Source: an uncultured Verrucomicrobiae bacterium (GTDB taxonomy: Bacteria; Verrucomicrobiota; Verrucomicrobiia; Limisphaerales; JAFGQR01). Taken from it: a DNA stretch of 64,000 nt. Shown one piece after another: positions 42,831-53,800 of the stretch. The stretch is from the NCBI GenBank assembly GCA_963788655.1, contig CAWBHS010000102.1, positions 1-64,000 on the forward strand, in the 5' to 3' direction. Both the position numbers and the translations under genes were made by a program. Positions within the stretch are counted from its first letter, which is position 1; each line of letters begins with the position of its first letter. The notes under the pieces are model-generated. The model was given only the letters and a program-made list of their open reading frames with translations. It had not been told where the DNA came from and did no database searches.

Positions 42831-43079
42831 TCACTTAAGCATCTCCCAGTCTTCCTCGGGAATTGCTGGCCCCGTGAGGTCGCCTTTAATTCGAACCGTG
42901 CCTTTCATGCAACCTACGACGTGGCGCTTGGATTTCCGCGGAGTGGGTTTGCGGATTGGTTCGACGCGGGCCAGCGGCACGTTGCGACGGCAGACGATTA
43001 CCTCTCCCCCCTGTTCCACCAACGCGAGGAACTCAGAAACCCGGTCTTTGAATTCAGCGATGTTAACCGTTCTGCTCAT
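42831..43079 (-). CDS. Phd/YefM-family antitoxin
   Basis: MSRTVNIAEFKDRVSEFLALVEQGGEVIVCRRNVPLARVEP. Confidence 0.88.
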   Translation of the reverse strand: MSRTVNIAEFKDRVSEFLALVEQGGEVIVCRRNVPLARVEPIRKPTPRKSKRHVVGCMKGTVRIKGDLTGPAIPEEDWEMLK

Positions 43080-43115
43080 GGCCAGAAAGATGGCCATGTT
43101 CCAGGCTAAATGCAA
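43077..43115 (-). promoter_or_regulatory. TA promoter with palindromic operator
   Basis: Minus strand TTGCAT-17 nt-CATCTT-7 nt-ATG; inverted repeat CATGGCCA-N6-TGGCCATG (43077-43098) covers the -10 and start codon. Confidence 0.55.
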
Positions 43116-43214
43116 GACTTGATTGGAGGGCACTTGGGGCGCGGCCAGCGTTTTCACAGCGGTCTCCTCACATTACGATTGCTTCATCGGCTCGCATACC
43201 ACTAGGTTTCGCGC

Positions 43215-44741
43215 ATGAAAAATCTCCGGTCTATTTTTACCATCGCCACGGTTGCCGCCACGCTATGGTTGAGCAGCAGCCTGGCGCACGCCTTGAATCT
43301 GCCGCGCATTTTCTCCGACAACATGGTACTCCAGCGGGACGCGCCCGTAAAGGTGCGGGGGTGGGCCGATCCTGGACAGAACGTGACCGTTGCTTTTGCG
43401 GGGCAAACCAAAAAGGCCCAGGCCGGCGCGGACGGTAAATGGATGGTCACTCTCGACCCGTTGGCCGCGAATGCCGAAGCCGGCGAGATGGTGGTTGCAG
43501 TGGCGGGGCAAACGATTGCCATCAAGAATATCCTCGTGGGCGAAGTCTGGATTTGTTCCGGGCAATCCAACATGGAGTTCACTCTGGGCGCCACCCACAA
43601 TGCGAAGGAAGTCATCGCTACTGCCAATCTGCCGTTGATCCGGCAGTTCAAAGTGCCGCACGTTACGCAGACCAAGCCGCAGCGAGATCTCCCGGGAGAC
43701 TGGGCCGTGTGCTCGCCGCAAACTGCGCCGAATTTCACGGGAGTAGGCTTCCACTTCGGACTGCAATTGTTCAAAAAACTCAACGTGCCGATCGGGCTCA
43801 TTAATTCGTCCTGGGGCGGCACCCGCATCGAGCCGTGGACCGATCGGGAGGGCTTCAAAGTGTCGCCCAAGTTGAAAGATATTTCCGCTTTCGTGGCCAG
43901 TGCGGACGAGGTCCATCGCCGGAACGTAGCCGCCTGGCTGGACCAGATCGAACCCTGGCTCAAACAGAGCCGTGCCGCACTCGACCACGGCGAAGACATT
44001 CCCGCGTTACCCGGCCAGATGCCGGAGCATCCGCTCAAGAATCCCGGGCGCCCCACGTCCATTTACAACGCCATGATTGCGCCGCTGATCGGTTATGGCA
44101 TCCGTGGCGCTATTTGGTATCAGGGCGAAAGCAATAATGGCGAGGGCAGGTTGTATTTTGAGAAGATGAAAGCGCTGATCGGTTCCTGGCGGCGGCTCTG
44201 GGCGCAGGGAGACTTTCCGTTCCTCTATGTGCAGCTTGCGCCGTATCGGTATAACAATCCCGCGGCCCTCCCGGCCATTTGGGAAGCGCAACTCGCGTCC
44301 TTGTCGATCCCCAACACCGGCATGGCCGTGATCACCGATATTGGCAACGTGTCCGACATTCACCCCCGCAATAAGGAAGAAGTCGGCCGGCGGCTCTCAC
44401 TGTGGGCGCTGGCAAAAACTTACGGTGTGGACGGGCTGGAGTATTCCGGGCCGCTGTACAAATCGATGAAAGTGGAAGGAAACCAAGCCGTGCTGACGTT
44501 CGATCACGCCGAGGGCTTGAAGTCGCTGGATGGGAAGCCGCTCTCCTGGTTTACCGTTGCCGGCGACGACAAAAACTTCGTCGAAGCCAAGTCAGAGATT
44601 GTGGGCAACACCGTCGTGGTGAGCAGCGACGCGGTGAAAAGTCCGGTTGCCGTTCGTTTTGGTTGGAACGAAACCGCTGAGCCGAACTTGGCCAACGGCG
44701 CGGGTCTGCCCGCTTCGCCGTTTCGCACGGACCCGTGGTAA
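43215..44741 (+). CDS. Sialate O-acetylesterase (SASA) family protein
   Basis: FSDNMVLQR, GEVWICSGQSNM, WGGTRIEPW, WYQGESN and DIHPRNK. Confidence 0.92.
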   Translation: MKNLRSIFTIATVAATLWLSSSLAHALNLPRIFSDNMVLQRDAPVKVRGWADPGQNVTVAFAGQTKKAQAGADGKWMVTLDPLAANAEAGEMVVAVAGQTIAIKNILVGEVWICSGQSNMEFTLGATHNAKEVIATANLPLIRQFKVPHVTQTKPQRDLPGDWAVCSPQTAPNFTGVGFHFGLQLFKKLNVPIGLINSSWGGTRIEPWTDREGFKVSPKLKDISAFVASADEVHRRNVAAWLDQIEPWLKQSRAALDHGEDIPALPGQMPEHPLKNPGRPTSIYNAMIAPLIGYGIRGAIWYQGESNNGEGRLYFEKMKALIGSWRRLWAQGDFPFLYVQLAPYRYNNPAALPAIWEAQLASLSIPNTGMAVITDIGNVSDIHPRNKEEVGRRLSLWALAKTYGVDGLEYSGPLYKSMKVEGNQAVLTFDHAEGLKSLDGKPLSWFTVAGDDKNFVEAKSEIVGNTVVVSSDAVKSPVAVRFGWNETAEPNLANGAGLPASPFRTDPW

Positions 44742-44778
44742 GCGAAAGGACTACGCGAACCGTGCTCACTTGGGTTGC

Positions 44779-46365
44779 CTGTTGAACCGGGGTCGCAGAA
44801 TATTCCGCAGGCCGACCGTTCTGGGCTTTGGCCTTGGTCTGGTTGCGGCCACTTTAGCCAACGCTCAAACGACCTGGCCGTTGCATGCTACCGGACAGGA
44901 CAGCCGGATTGACCTCACGTGGACTGCCGCCAAACTCGACGATGCGGATGGCTTCCAAATTTATCGCTCGGCGCAGTCCAACGGCCCATTTTCGCTGCTC
45001 ACCACGAAGCCGCACCATCCCACTGTGTTCAGCGACTTCCTCGGTAAAAACAACCAGACGTTTCATTATCGGATAGTGGCGTTGCGCCGGGGAGCCCCCA
45101 CCAGCACCTCAGCCGTAGCCACTGCCACGTCGCGGGCCATGACCGACGAGGAACTGGTCGAATCAGTGCAGCGCGCCACGTTCCGCTATTTCTGGGATTA
45201 CGGCCATCCAATCAGCGGTTTAGCCCGCGAACGCAAAGGCAGCCGCGACACTTGCACCAGCGGGGGAACCGGCTTTGGCTTGATGGCCATTGTGGTGGGT
45301 GCCGAACGCGTCTGGATCCAGCGTGATGATGCCGCGTTGCGTTTGCTCAAGATGGTGCGTTTTCTCGAAGACAAGGCGACCCGCTATCACGGCGCTTGGT
45401 CGCATTGGTTGAATGGGCGCACCGGGCGAATCATTCCGTTCTCGAAATACGACGATGGGGCGGACTTGGTGGAAACGTCCTATCTCGTCCAGGGCCTGCT
45501 CACTGTCCGCCAATACTTCAATCGCGAGAACGCCGTGGAACGGGATCTGCGCGAGCGTTGCACCCGCCTATGGCGCGAAGTGGAGTGGGACTGGTTTTTG
45601 CGGGAACCGAACAACCGTCGTCTGTTTTGGCATTGGTCGCCGAATTTTGGTTGGCAGATGAACCATCCGATTGGCGGCCATTTCAATGAGTGCATGATTA
45701 CCTACCTCCTGGCCATCGCCTCTCCGACGCATCCCATCCCGCCGGAATGCTATTACCAGGGTTGGACCGGCGATCCACCCACCGGTTACGTGAATGGCCG
45801 GACCTATTACGGTTTCAAACAATGGGTCGGCTGGCCGATGGGGGGGCCGCTGTTCTTCACGCACTATTCCTTTTTAGGATTTGATCCGCGTCACTGGCGT
45901 GACCGTTACTGCAATTACTTCGAGAACAACCGGAACATCTGCCGCATCCAACGGGCCTATTGCGCCGACAATCCGAAGCAACATCGCGGTTACAGCGAAC
46001 TAACGTGGGGCCTGACCGCCAGCGACACGCCCGGCGGCTACCTGGCCCACGAACCGCGTCGTGACACCGGCACCATCACCCCTACCGCGGCGCTTTCCGC
46101 CATGCCGTATGTGCCGCAGGAGTCCCTCGCCACGCTCAAATACTTCTACCACCAAGATGGCCGCCAGTTGTGGGGTGAGTTCGGATTCAAAGATGCCTTC
46201 AATCTCGACAAGGATTGGTTCGCCGACAGTTACCTGGCCATTGACCAAGGTCCGACCATTATCATGATCGAGAACCATCGCACCGGCCTCTGCTGGCGTC
46301 TCTTCATGGCCAACGAGGAAATCCCACGTGCCCTCAAGGCCGTTGGATGGATTAAGGAGCCGTGA
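44779..46365 (+). CDS. Glucoamylase-family/GH144 (beta-1,2-glucanase-like) hydrolase with N-terminal FN3-like domain; start uncertain
   Basis: FRYFWDYGHPISGLARER, SGGTGFG, DGADLVETS, GGPLFFTHYS and YLAIDQGP. Confidence 0.82.
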   Translation: MLNRGRRIFRRPTVLGFGLGLVAATLANAQTTWPLHATGQDSRIDLTWTAAKLDDADGFQIYRSAQSNGPFSLLTTKPHHPTVFSDFLGKNNQTFHYRIVALRRGAPTSTSAVATATSRAMTDEELVESVQRATFRYFWDYGHPISGLARERKGSRDTCTSGGTGFGLMAIVVGAERVWIQRDDAALRLLKMVRFLEDKATRYHGAWSHWLNGRTGRIIPFSKYDDGADLVETSYLVQGLLTVRQYFNRENAVERDLRERCTRLWREVEWDWFLREPNNRRLFWHWSPNFGWQMNHPIGGHFNECMITYLLAIASPTHPIPPECYYQGWTGDPPTGYVNGRTYYGFKQWVGWPMGGPLFFTHYSFLGFDPRHWRDRYCNYFENNRNICRIQRAYCADNPKQHRGYSELTWGLTASDTPGGYLAHEPRRDTGTITPTAALSAMPYVPQESLATLKYFYHQDGRQLWGEFGFKDAFNLDKDWFADSYLAIDQGPTIIMIENHRTGLCWRLFMANEEIPRALKAVGWIKEP

Positions 46366-46380
46366 ACACGAACCGGAAGC

Positions 46381-47160
46381 CTACTCGACGACCACCGTGG
46401 CATCTTCGACCAAGACCGGATATTGGTAGTTGTAGCCGAAATCCTTGTCGGTGGCGAGTTTGCCGGTTACCAGCACAGTGTCGCCGACCTTCGCTTGCCC
46501 CGAGGTTGTGACCGTAAGATCGTTGGTTCCTGCCGCGCCAGTGCCGTCCTCGAGGTGAAGCCAGTTCTTCCCCATGATATTGGCGTTGAACTTGACCACC
46601 TTGCCGCGCACCTTGATCTCCTTGCCTTTGAGGTCAGCCTTGGCGGCGAAAATTTCCGCCACTGTATTGCCGCCTTCTGCTTTCTTGAGGCCGGAAAAGT
46701 CCAGCGTGGCTTGACTGGCAGCGCCGGTGATTGGCGGATGTCCCTTGGGCAATTGGGCGGGCATCGCACTCGCAGCCGGCTCGCCGTGGCCCACCGTCAC
46801 GCGATCAACAAAGTAAACCACGTCGAAATCACGGTTCAGTGTGCTGCTGTGGAACTTTTCCATGGGCATTCCCGGTGGAACCGTTACGGCATCGCCCACC
46901 TTGACTTTAAACTGTGGAGCCGCCGCCCAGATGCTTTGCTTGCCAGTGTCCACGTTGACATAGGTGTAACCCCCGGAATTCATCGTCTCGACCACTTTGC
47001 CGGCGTAAATCGTTCCCGAGGTGGCCGAGGTGGCGGGTGCGGGATTGGTGGCAGCGGGCGTGGCATCGGCCCGAGGTGTGGAAGCGGTTTCGCGGCTGCA
47101 CCCGACCAAGCTAAGGGCCAGAATCAGGCAACCGGTTGGTATCACAATATGCTTGTTCAT
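46381..47160 (-). CDS. NrfJ-related lipoprotein with OB-fold domains
   Basis: Lipobox LVGC; GKVVETMNSGGYTY, FHSSTLNRDFD, LPKGHPPI and IMGKNWLHLEDG. Confidence 0.75.
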   Translation of the reverse strand: MNKHIVIPTGCLILALSLVGCSRETASTPRADATPAATNPAPATSATSGTIYAGKVVETMNSGGYTYVNVDTGKQSIWAAAPQFKVKVGDAVTVPPGMPMEKFHSSTLNRDFDVVYFVDRVTVGHGEPAASAMPAQLPKGHPPITGAASQATLDFSGLKKAEGGNTVAEIFAAKADLKGKEIKVRGKVVKFNANIMGKNWLHLEDGTGAAGTNDLTVTTSGQAKVGDTVLVTGKLATDKDFGYNYQYPVLVEDATVVVE

Positions 47161-47437
47161 TCGTAATTTATTTGCGTCTCTGCGCACGAATCAAGTCACA
47201 GGGAATCGGCCTGCGGCTCGCGCGCGAAAGCTTAACCTAGCAAACCCCAATGGTGTCTCAAGTCGCATTTCAGCAAAAGATTTACCAAGTTGGAGATGGA
47301 CCAGGGAGTGCCAGCCAACCTGGGTTCCCACCGGCAAATCGCTCGACTGGCGATTGGTATTGCTCGTGGCCTTTAAAACTTGCACCGCCGCGCGCGAATC
47401 GCCGTTCCTGAGCGCACGATCCTGTCTATTCGATCCC

Positions 47438-48445
47438 TTAGTCCTTCACATATCCCTTGGCGTGAAACCAATCCACCGCGTCGGCAAAGGCCTGTCGGGG
47501 CGCCGTCTGCGGCAACCCCAATTCCCGGATGGCTTTGGCCGGATTGAAATACATTTTATAGCGCGCCATGCGCACCCCGGCTAAAGGCGCTTTCGGTGGG
47601 CGACCGGTGAACCTGGCGATGAACTCATCCACGTATGCCGCGGTCAGCGCCACGTGATAGGGCATTTGCATGCGGGGCGCCGGCAGACCAGTGATTTCCG
47701 CCAACGTATCGAAGGCTTGTTTCATGGTCCAATTGCCGTCGGCGTGGCCGAGGATATACCGTTCGCCGACGCGACCCTTTTCGGCCGCCAGGATATGGCC
47801 TTGCGCGACATCTCGCACGTGAACCCAGTTCAACCCCGTGTCCAGGTAGGCCGGCATTTGGCGGTTTAAGAAATCCACGATCACTTTGCCCGTCGGGGTC
47901 GGTTTGACGTCCCGCGGACCAATGGGCGCGCTGGGATTCACGATGACCACGGGGGCGCCCCCGGCGACGAGTTCGCGCGCTACCCATTCGGCTTTCCACT
48001 TGGACAATTTGTAGTGGTTGCTCATTTGCGCTTCACTGACCGGTGCCTGTTCGTCAGTGGGGGCGGCCGGTCCATTCCCCGACTTCGGCAATCCGATGCA
48101 ACCCACCGTGCTGGTATAGACAATGCGCGAACACCCCGCTGCCTTCGCCGCCTCAATCACGTTCCGCGTCCCCTCGACATTGGCGGCATACATCGGGGCG
48201 TAATCCTTCAGCCAGAGATGGTAGCTGGCCGCGACGTGAAAGCACCAATCGCACCCGCGCATCGCCGTTTCCAGCTCGGAACGATCCGCCAGATCGCCGG
48301 ACACACGCTCGCAGTCTGCGCCCTGCAGTCCGCGCACGTCGCTGTGGGCGCGCAGCAGGGCCTTCACCTGATGACCTTGCGCGCACAATTCCTGAACCAA
48401 GTTGGCGCCAATGAATCCCGAAGCGCCGGTAACAAAGCATTTCAT
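47438..48445 (-). CDS. hpnA: NAD-dependent epimerase/dehydratase, hopanoid-associated HpnA-like
   Basis: VTGASGFIG, FHVAASY, YKLSK, PIGPRDVKPTPTG and DTGLNWVHV. Confidence 0.75.
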   Translation of the reverse strand: MKCFVTGASGFIGANLVQELCAQGHQVKALLRAHSDVRGLQGADCERVSGDLADRSELETAMRGCDWCFHVAASYHLWLKDYAPMYAANVEGTRNVIEAAKAAGCSRIVYTSTVGCIGLPKSGNGPAAPTDEQAPVSEAQMSNHYKLSKWKAEWVARELVAGGAPVVIVNPSAPIGPRDVKPTPTGKVIVDFLNRQMPAYLDTGLNWVHVRDVAQGHILAAEKGRVGERYILGHADGNWTMKQAFDTLAEITGLPAPRMQMPYHVALTAAYVDEFIARFTGRPPKAPLAGVRMARYKMYFNPAKAIRELGLPQTAPRQAFADAVDWFHAKGYVKD

Positions 48446-48618
48446 AACTTGAACCCGTTGCTGCGGCTTAAGATACGGACCTTTCCAACCGATGGAAATC
48501 CTGGAACTCGACGAAAATTAAGTGCAGGCGAGTTCTGCTGCCCAAGTCGGCAAAACATCCAACCGGCTGGGGGCAATTGACCGGGCCGCGGGGCGGCTTC
48601 GTTTGAGTGAAGTGGGTA

Positions 48619-49035
48619 ATGGCTATGCTGAACAAAATCTGTTCACGGAGGAAATTGACGCGGCGGGAACTGCGGAATTTGAACATCGAAATCGGCTTCT
48701 TCGAGGGGCTGGTTCGCCGTGATCCCACCTATTGCGAAGCTTTACAGGTGCTGGGAGTTGACTATTCGCGACGCGGTGATTTTTCCAAAGCGGTGCATAT
48801 TCACGAACAACTGGCGGACCAGCTTCCCACCGATCCCATCGTGCTTTACAACTTGGCTTGCTGTTATTCCCAGACCCGACAACTCCGCCGCGCCGCTGAT
48901 GCACTCGACCGTGCCATCGCCCTTGGCTACAAGAATTTCCGCACGCTTGCCAAAGATCCGGACCTGGCCAATCTGCGCAAGCACGCCGTGTTCAAACGCG
49001 TGCGCGCCCGCATCGTCGCCGTCACAGGAAAATAG
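48619..49035 (+). CDS. Small TPR protein
   Basis: IEIGFFEGLVRRDP, DPIVLYNLACCYS and DPDLANLR; start uncertain. Confidence 0.75.
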   Translation: MAMLNKICSRRKLTRRELRNLNIEIGFFEGLVRRDPTYCEALQVLGVDYSRRGDFSKAVHIHEQLADQLPTDPIVLYNLACCYSQTRQLRRAADALDRAIALGYKNFRTLAKDPDLANLRKHAVFKRVRARIVAVTGK

Positions 49036-49232
49036 GACCAGGGGTCAGTCCCGATAATCAACAATTTGGGGTGGTGGTTTACCTTTCGTCGATGATCAGC
49101 TCTTGGATTGTGAAATACGAGTGTTAGAGCCCTCTGGTAAGTTTTTGGTTTGTTGATTACCGGGGCTGCCCCCATGGTGACTGATGGAGTTTGCGGTTGC
49201 GTTGTGCGCCCTTCAAAATTTAACTGCCAGCG

Positions 49233-49535
49233 ATGGCTGACAGTCTTGAAATCCCAGGGGAACCGGATGGGCCGGTTGAGCTGCCGATTGACGGCATGCT
49301 CGATTTGCACACGTTCCGGCCCCGAGATGTGAAAGAAGTAGTTACCGCTTATCTCGACGAATGCCGGAAGCGGGGTATTATCAAGGTCCGCATCGTCCAC
49401 GGCAAAGGTATCGGTAATCTGAGGCGCACGGTACATGCGCTCCTCGAACGCCGGCCGGACGTGGAATCGTTCGCGCTGGCCAGTGAAGGCTTCGGCGGCT
49501 GGGGCGCGACCATCGTTCGATTGCGTCCCTCGTAA
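49233..49535 (+). CDS. Smr/MutS2 C-terminal domain protein
   Basis: LDLHTF, VRIVHGKGIG and GGWGATIV. Confidence 0.9.
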   Translation: MADSLEIPGEPDGPVELPIDGMLDLHTFRPRDVKEVVTAYLDECRKRGIIKVRIVHGKGIGNLRRTVHALLERRPDVESFALASEGFGGWGATIVRLRPS

Positions 49536-49548
49536 TCCACCTCGGCGG

Positions 49549-50320
49549 ATGAAAGCAAAAGCAAATAAACGTTCCGTCCCATCCGCCTCGCCGCGAGGCC
49601 TGTTCGACCAAATGGCCGAACCCTTGGTCAAACCGGCAGCGGTTCAATCCGAAGAAAACTTGGCATCCGAGGGGCGCTACACCGAAGCGATCCGATATTT
49701 GTCGCGGGTGGACAAAGTTCTGGCGCGGCTGATCAAGCGGGTTGGGCCTTGTACCTTGGAAATCGAGAAACAAGTTAAACCTTACGAAGCGTTGGTCGAA
49801 GCGATCGTTTATCAGCAACTCCATGCCAAAGCCGCCGCGGCGATTCTGGGGCGCGTCAAACAGCTTTTTTCCACACGACGGTTTCCGCGTCCGGACGATT
49901 TTCTCGGAGTTCCTGAGGACCATTTGCGCGCGGCCGGTCTGTCGCGCGGCAAGATCGCGGCCATTGTGGATCTGTCGGCCAAAGTGCTTGCCGGAGTGGT
50001 ACCGACCGCCCGCGCCATTCGTCGCATGAGTGACGAAGAAATCATTCAACGGTTGGTCGCCGTACGCGGGATTGGGCGATGGACGGTCGAAATGCTATTG
50101 CTGTTCAGCCTGGGGCGTCCCGATGTTTTGCCTGGCACGGATTACGGGGTGCGTCAGGGATTTGCCATCACCTACAATCAGCCGGAATTGCCTTCTCCCG
50201 GAGACCTCATCAAACATGGCGAACGTTGGAAACCGCACCGATCGGTGGCCGCCTGGGTACTTATGGCGGGCGGTGGAATTGGCTCGGCGGCAACCTCCAT
50301 TGCCAAAAGGAAAGGCATGA
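49549..50320 (+). CDS. DNA-3-methyladenine glycosylase II (AlkA-like), frameshift near 50256
   Basis: IVYQQL, GLSRGK, RGIGRWTVEM (HhH), RPDVLP.TDYGVR; WKPHRSVAAW continues as YLWRAVE in another frame. Confidence 0.85.
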
Positions 50321-50404
50321 ATTCAGAGAATTTCCCAGATTTCATCAAGATTTCTCTATTTTGTGGTAGGAATTCAGATGGTTTTTCGGCTATTCTCCCT
50401 TCCT

Positions 50405-50647
50405 ATGGCCAGAATCTACCCTATAAACAGGCCGACAAGTTCCGAACCACCGGCTCCGGAGCACGCCACCGTGGGGGAAGTGGAAAAAATGTTTGGCATC
50501 AGCCGTCGTATTTGTAATCAAAAAATTCGGGACGGCACCTTCCAAAGCATCGTATTCAGTGAAGCAGGTTCGCGTAAAAACGTGCGCTTGATCTATTTGG
50601 ACTCCGTTCGGCGTTATCTTCGCCGCCAACAATCCGCTAACCGGTAA
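50405..50647 (+). CDS. Small excisionase/AlpA-like winged-HTH protein
   Basis: 80 aa; VGEVEKMFGISRRICNQKIRDGTFQS...VRLIYLDSVRRYL; AT-richer than flanks. Confidence 0.55.
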   Translation: MARIYPINRPTSSEPPAPEHATVGEVEKMFGISRRICNQKIRDGTFQSIVFSEAGSRKNVRLIYLDSVRRYLRRQQSANR

Positions 50648-50767
50648 CTCCCGATTTTTTCTGAATTATCTTCGGTCTAAGCTGTCTGATAAACTGGATA
50701 TGTAGTTAGAATAAGGTTATTTGCGCGCAACTCCTTTCCGGGCTCCTCACCCAATTAGTTGTGTCGT

Positions 50768-50796
50768 TGTGAATAACTTACCCCTAAATGTTGTGG
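50768..50796. promoter_or_regulatory. Candidate DnaA box plus NrdR-box-like site upstream of smc
   Basis: TGTGAATAA (reverse complement TTATTCACA) at 50768-50776; CCCCTAAATGTTGTGG at 50781-50796. Confidence 0.35.
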
Positions 50797-50860
50797 TTTG
50801 GACTTTACTTTAGGGCGTAGGTGCGGTTGTATTCAGCCGGTTTGGTTTATTGAATTAGAC

Positions 50861-53800
50861 ATGTACCTGAAGAATTTAACGGTCTTAGGATTTAAGTCCT
50901 TCGCGGACAAGACTTCGCTTAATTTTCAGCCGGGCGTGACGGCGATTGTGGGGCCCAATGGCTGCGGCAAGTCCAACGTGTCGGATGCCATCCGATGGGT
51001 TTTGGGCGAGCAGTCCGCCAAAGCGATGCGTGGTGGGGAGATGGCCGACGTCATATTCAATGGCACCGATGGCCGCAAACCGCTGGGAATGAGCGAGGTG
51101 TCGTTGACAATTGGCGGGGTCGATTCGGAGCATCTGATGGCTGCCGGTGTCGAGGTGGCTTACAACGAAGTAACGGTGACGCGCCGGATTTTCCGCGACG
51201 GCAGCAGCGAGTATTTCATGAACAAAACGCCCTGCCGCTTGAAGGACATCCAACAATTGTTCATGGGCACAGGCGTGGGCCGGACTAGTTACAGCATCAT
51301 GGCCCAGGGCAATATTACCCAATTATTGTCCAGCAAACCGGAAGACCGTCGTTTGGTGTTCGAGGAAGCGGCCGGGATCACCAAGTTTAAGGCCCAAAAA
51401 CGGGAAGCTTTGCGCAAGCTCGAGGCCACCGACCAGAATCTATTGCGCGTGCAGGATCTGATCAAGGAAGTCAAACGCCAGATTATCTCGTTGCAACGCC
51501 AGGCCGGCAAGGCTCGTCGCTATAAGCAATTCATGCTCGAATTGCAGCATCTGGACACCCAACTTGCCCGGCACGAATTCGATGTGCTGCAATCCGAGAT
51601 TCATCAGCGGAACGAAGCGTTGCAACAACATCGGGATGAAATCGAGCAATCTGCCGAACTCGTGATGCGCAGCGAGAACGAGATCGGCCAATTGCGTTCC
51701 CGGTTGTCGGAACTGGAACATGAAATCAGCCAGTACCAGCAACGCGGCGTGGAGTTGAAAGCGGAAATCGAGCGCCACGAGAGCCGCATTCAATTCAACG
51801 AGGAACGCATCCGCGAAACCGAGGCGCAGCACGGCAGTGCGCTCAACGAAATTGCCCAGGCCGAAGAACGATGCCGCACCGCGCAGCAGGAACTCGCCAG
51901 TGTGACCGAGCGATTGGCGGCGGCTCAGGTCGCCCTGGAAGAGCAGCGGCAAACCCTCAACGCGAAACGTGAAGCGGTCCAGCAGGTGGAAAACGAGCTG
52001 CGCGACAAGCAGGAGGCTTTGCGCCAGGCCCAGGCCGCCGCGTTTGCGACTGCCCAGCAACTCAGCCGCGCGCGCAATGAAATCAACGCGCTGGACCTCC
52101 AGAAGCAAGGCAACGTGGTGCGGCTCGAAAAGCTGTCCGCCGAAAAAATTCAGTTGGAGGAAGAACGCGCCCGGCTCGAAGAGCGGTTGCAGGAGTTTGC
52201 ATCCAACGCCGAGGTGCAGAAACTCAGTGTGCAAACCCAACGCGGCACGCTTGAGGAACGCCAACAACGGTTGCGCGAAATCCAGCAGCACATCAACCAG
52301 GTGGGCCAGGAGTTGGATATCGTCCTGCACCAGCAATCCGAGAAACGTTCCCGTCTCAATGTGCTGGAACAATTGCAGTCCGAGCACGAGGGCTTCAGCG
52401 CCGGCACGCTGGCGGCGCTCAAACAGACGGAGGCGGTGCTGGGTTCGCTGGCGGATCGCATTCAGGTGCCGGACGAATACATCAAGGCAATCGAAGCCGC
52501 GCTGGGCCATCATTTGCAGGTGGTCATCACGCAGGAGCCGGAAGCGGCGCAGCAAATTCTGGCCGGCCTGAACGCCGGCAAGCAGGGCCGCGCCAGCATT
52601 ACTTCATTGGCGCTGTTCAATGGCGAAGTGTCCGGAGCGTTGCCGATCACCGAAGTGGATTCGCCCGAAGCAATACCCATGACCGCGTCCACCGAGGAAA
52701 CAAGCTCCGCCGATGCCGACGCCATGGCGGCTGTCGAAACGGCCGTTGATGAAACGGCGCCGCAAATACCAATGGTGCGCGCGGCCTCAGTGGTCAAAGC
52801 GGATCACACGGTGCGCCCGTTGATTTCGCGTCTGCTGGGCATGACCCGCATTGTGCCCGACCTTGCCGTGGCCACCGAGGCTTGGCGTGAGACTCATGGC
52901 GCGTTCCATTACGTCACGTTTTCCGGCGAACTGCTAAGCCGCCACGGCATCTATACGGGTGGTTCCTCCAACGGCGTGGCCCAGGCGCCAACATCCATTC
53001 TGGGACGGAAGAACCAGATTGCCGAATTGCAGGCGCAGCTCCAGCAGTTGCAGGAAGCGATTGCCGAAACCAGCCGCCGCAAAGGTGCGCTTCAAAGCGA
53101 GTACACGGAATTGCAAGCCAGTTTGCACGAAGCACAGACCGAGTTGCGCGCCCAGGAAGTCGCCATTGCCACCCACGAAGGCGAGTTCCATGCGCTCCAG
53201 AATTCGCAGCGCGTCTTGCACCAGAAGATTGATACGGTGGTCTATGAAATTCAGAGCCTGGCCGCGCAGGAAGAGGCAGGCGGACAAAAGCGCGCCGGCT
53301 TGGCCGCGCAATTGTTGGAACTCGAAAACGCGGAACAGACGGGGCAACAGACCGTGGCCGAATTAACCGCTGACGTGGAAAACCTGCGGCAGCAGCGCGA
53401 GACGCTGAACGCGGATCTCACTGAAACCAAAGTTGCAGTAGCCACGCAGGAACAACTCTGCGCCGCCCTTGAACAACAACAAACCCCGCTGCAAAACCGC
53501 ATCCAGGAACTCACCCAATTAGCCGAACAACGTCGGAATGAGATCGGTACGTTCGCCACGCGCAAGACCCAGTGCGAACAGGAGATTGGTGAGTCCCGTC
53601 GCCGCATGGTTGATCTCGAGCACGAGCGCGAACAGACCAGCCTCCAGACCGCCGAATTGATCACGCAAAAGGACAGCCTGGAAGCCGACATCGCAGGCCG
53701 CGAAGAGGGCCTGCGCGAATTGCGGCGGCGCGTGGACGAATTACAGCAAGTCCGCAGCGCGGTGGAAGTGGAACTGGCGCAAAAGAACATGGCGGTGCAG

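Noticed and set aside
50650..50860. oriC
   Set aside because: Only one DnaA-box match was seen, with no dnaA/dnaN nearby; no parS was spotted near the parA-like gene either.
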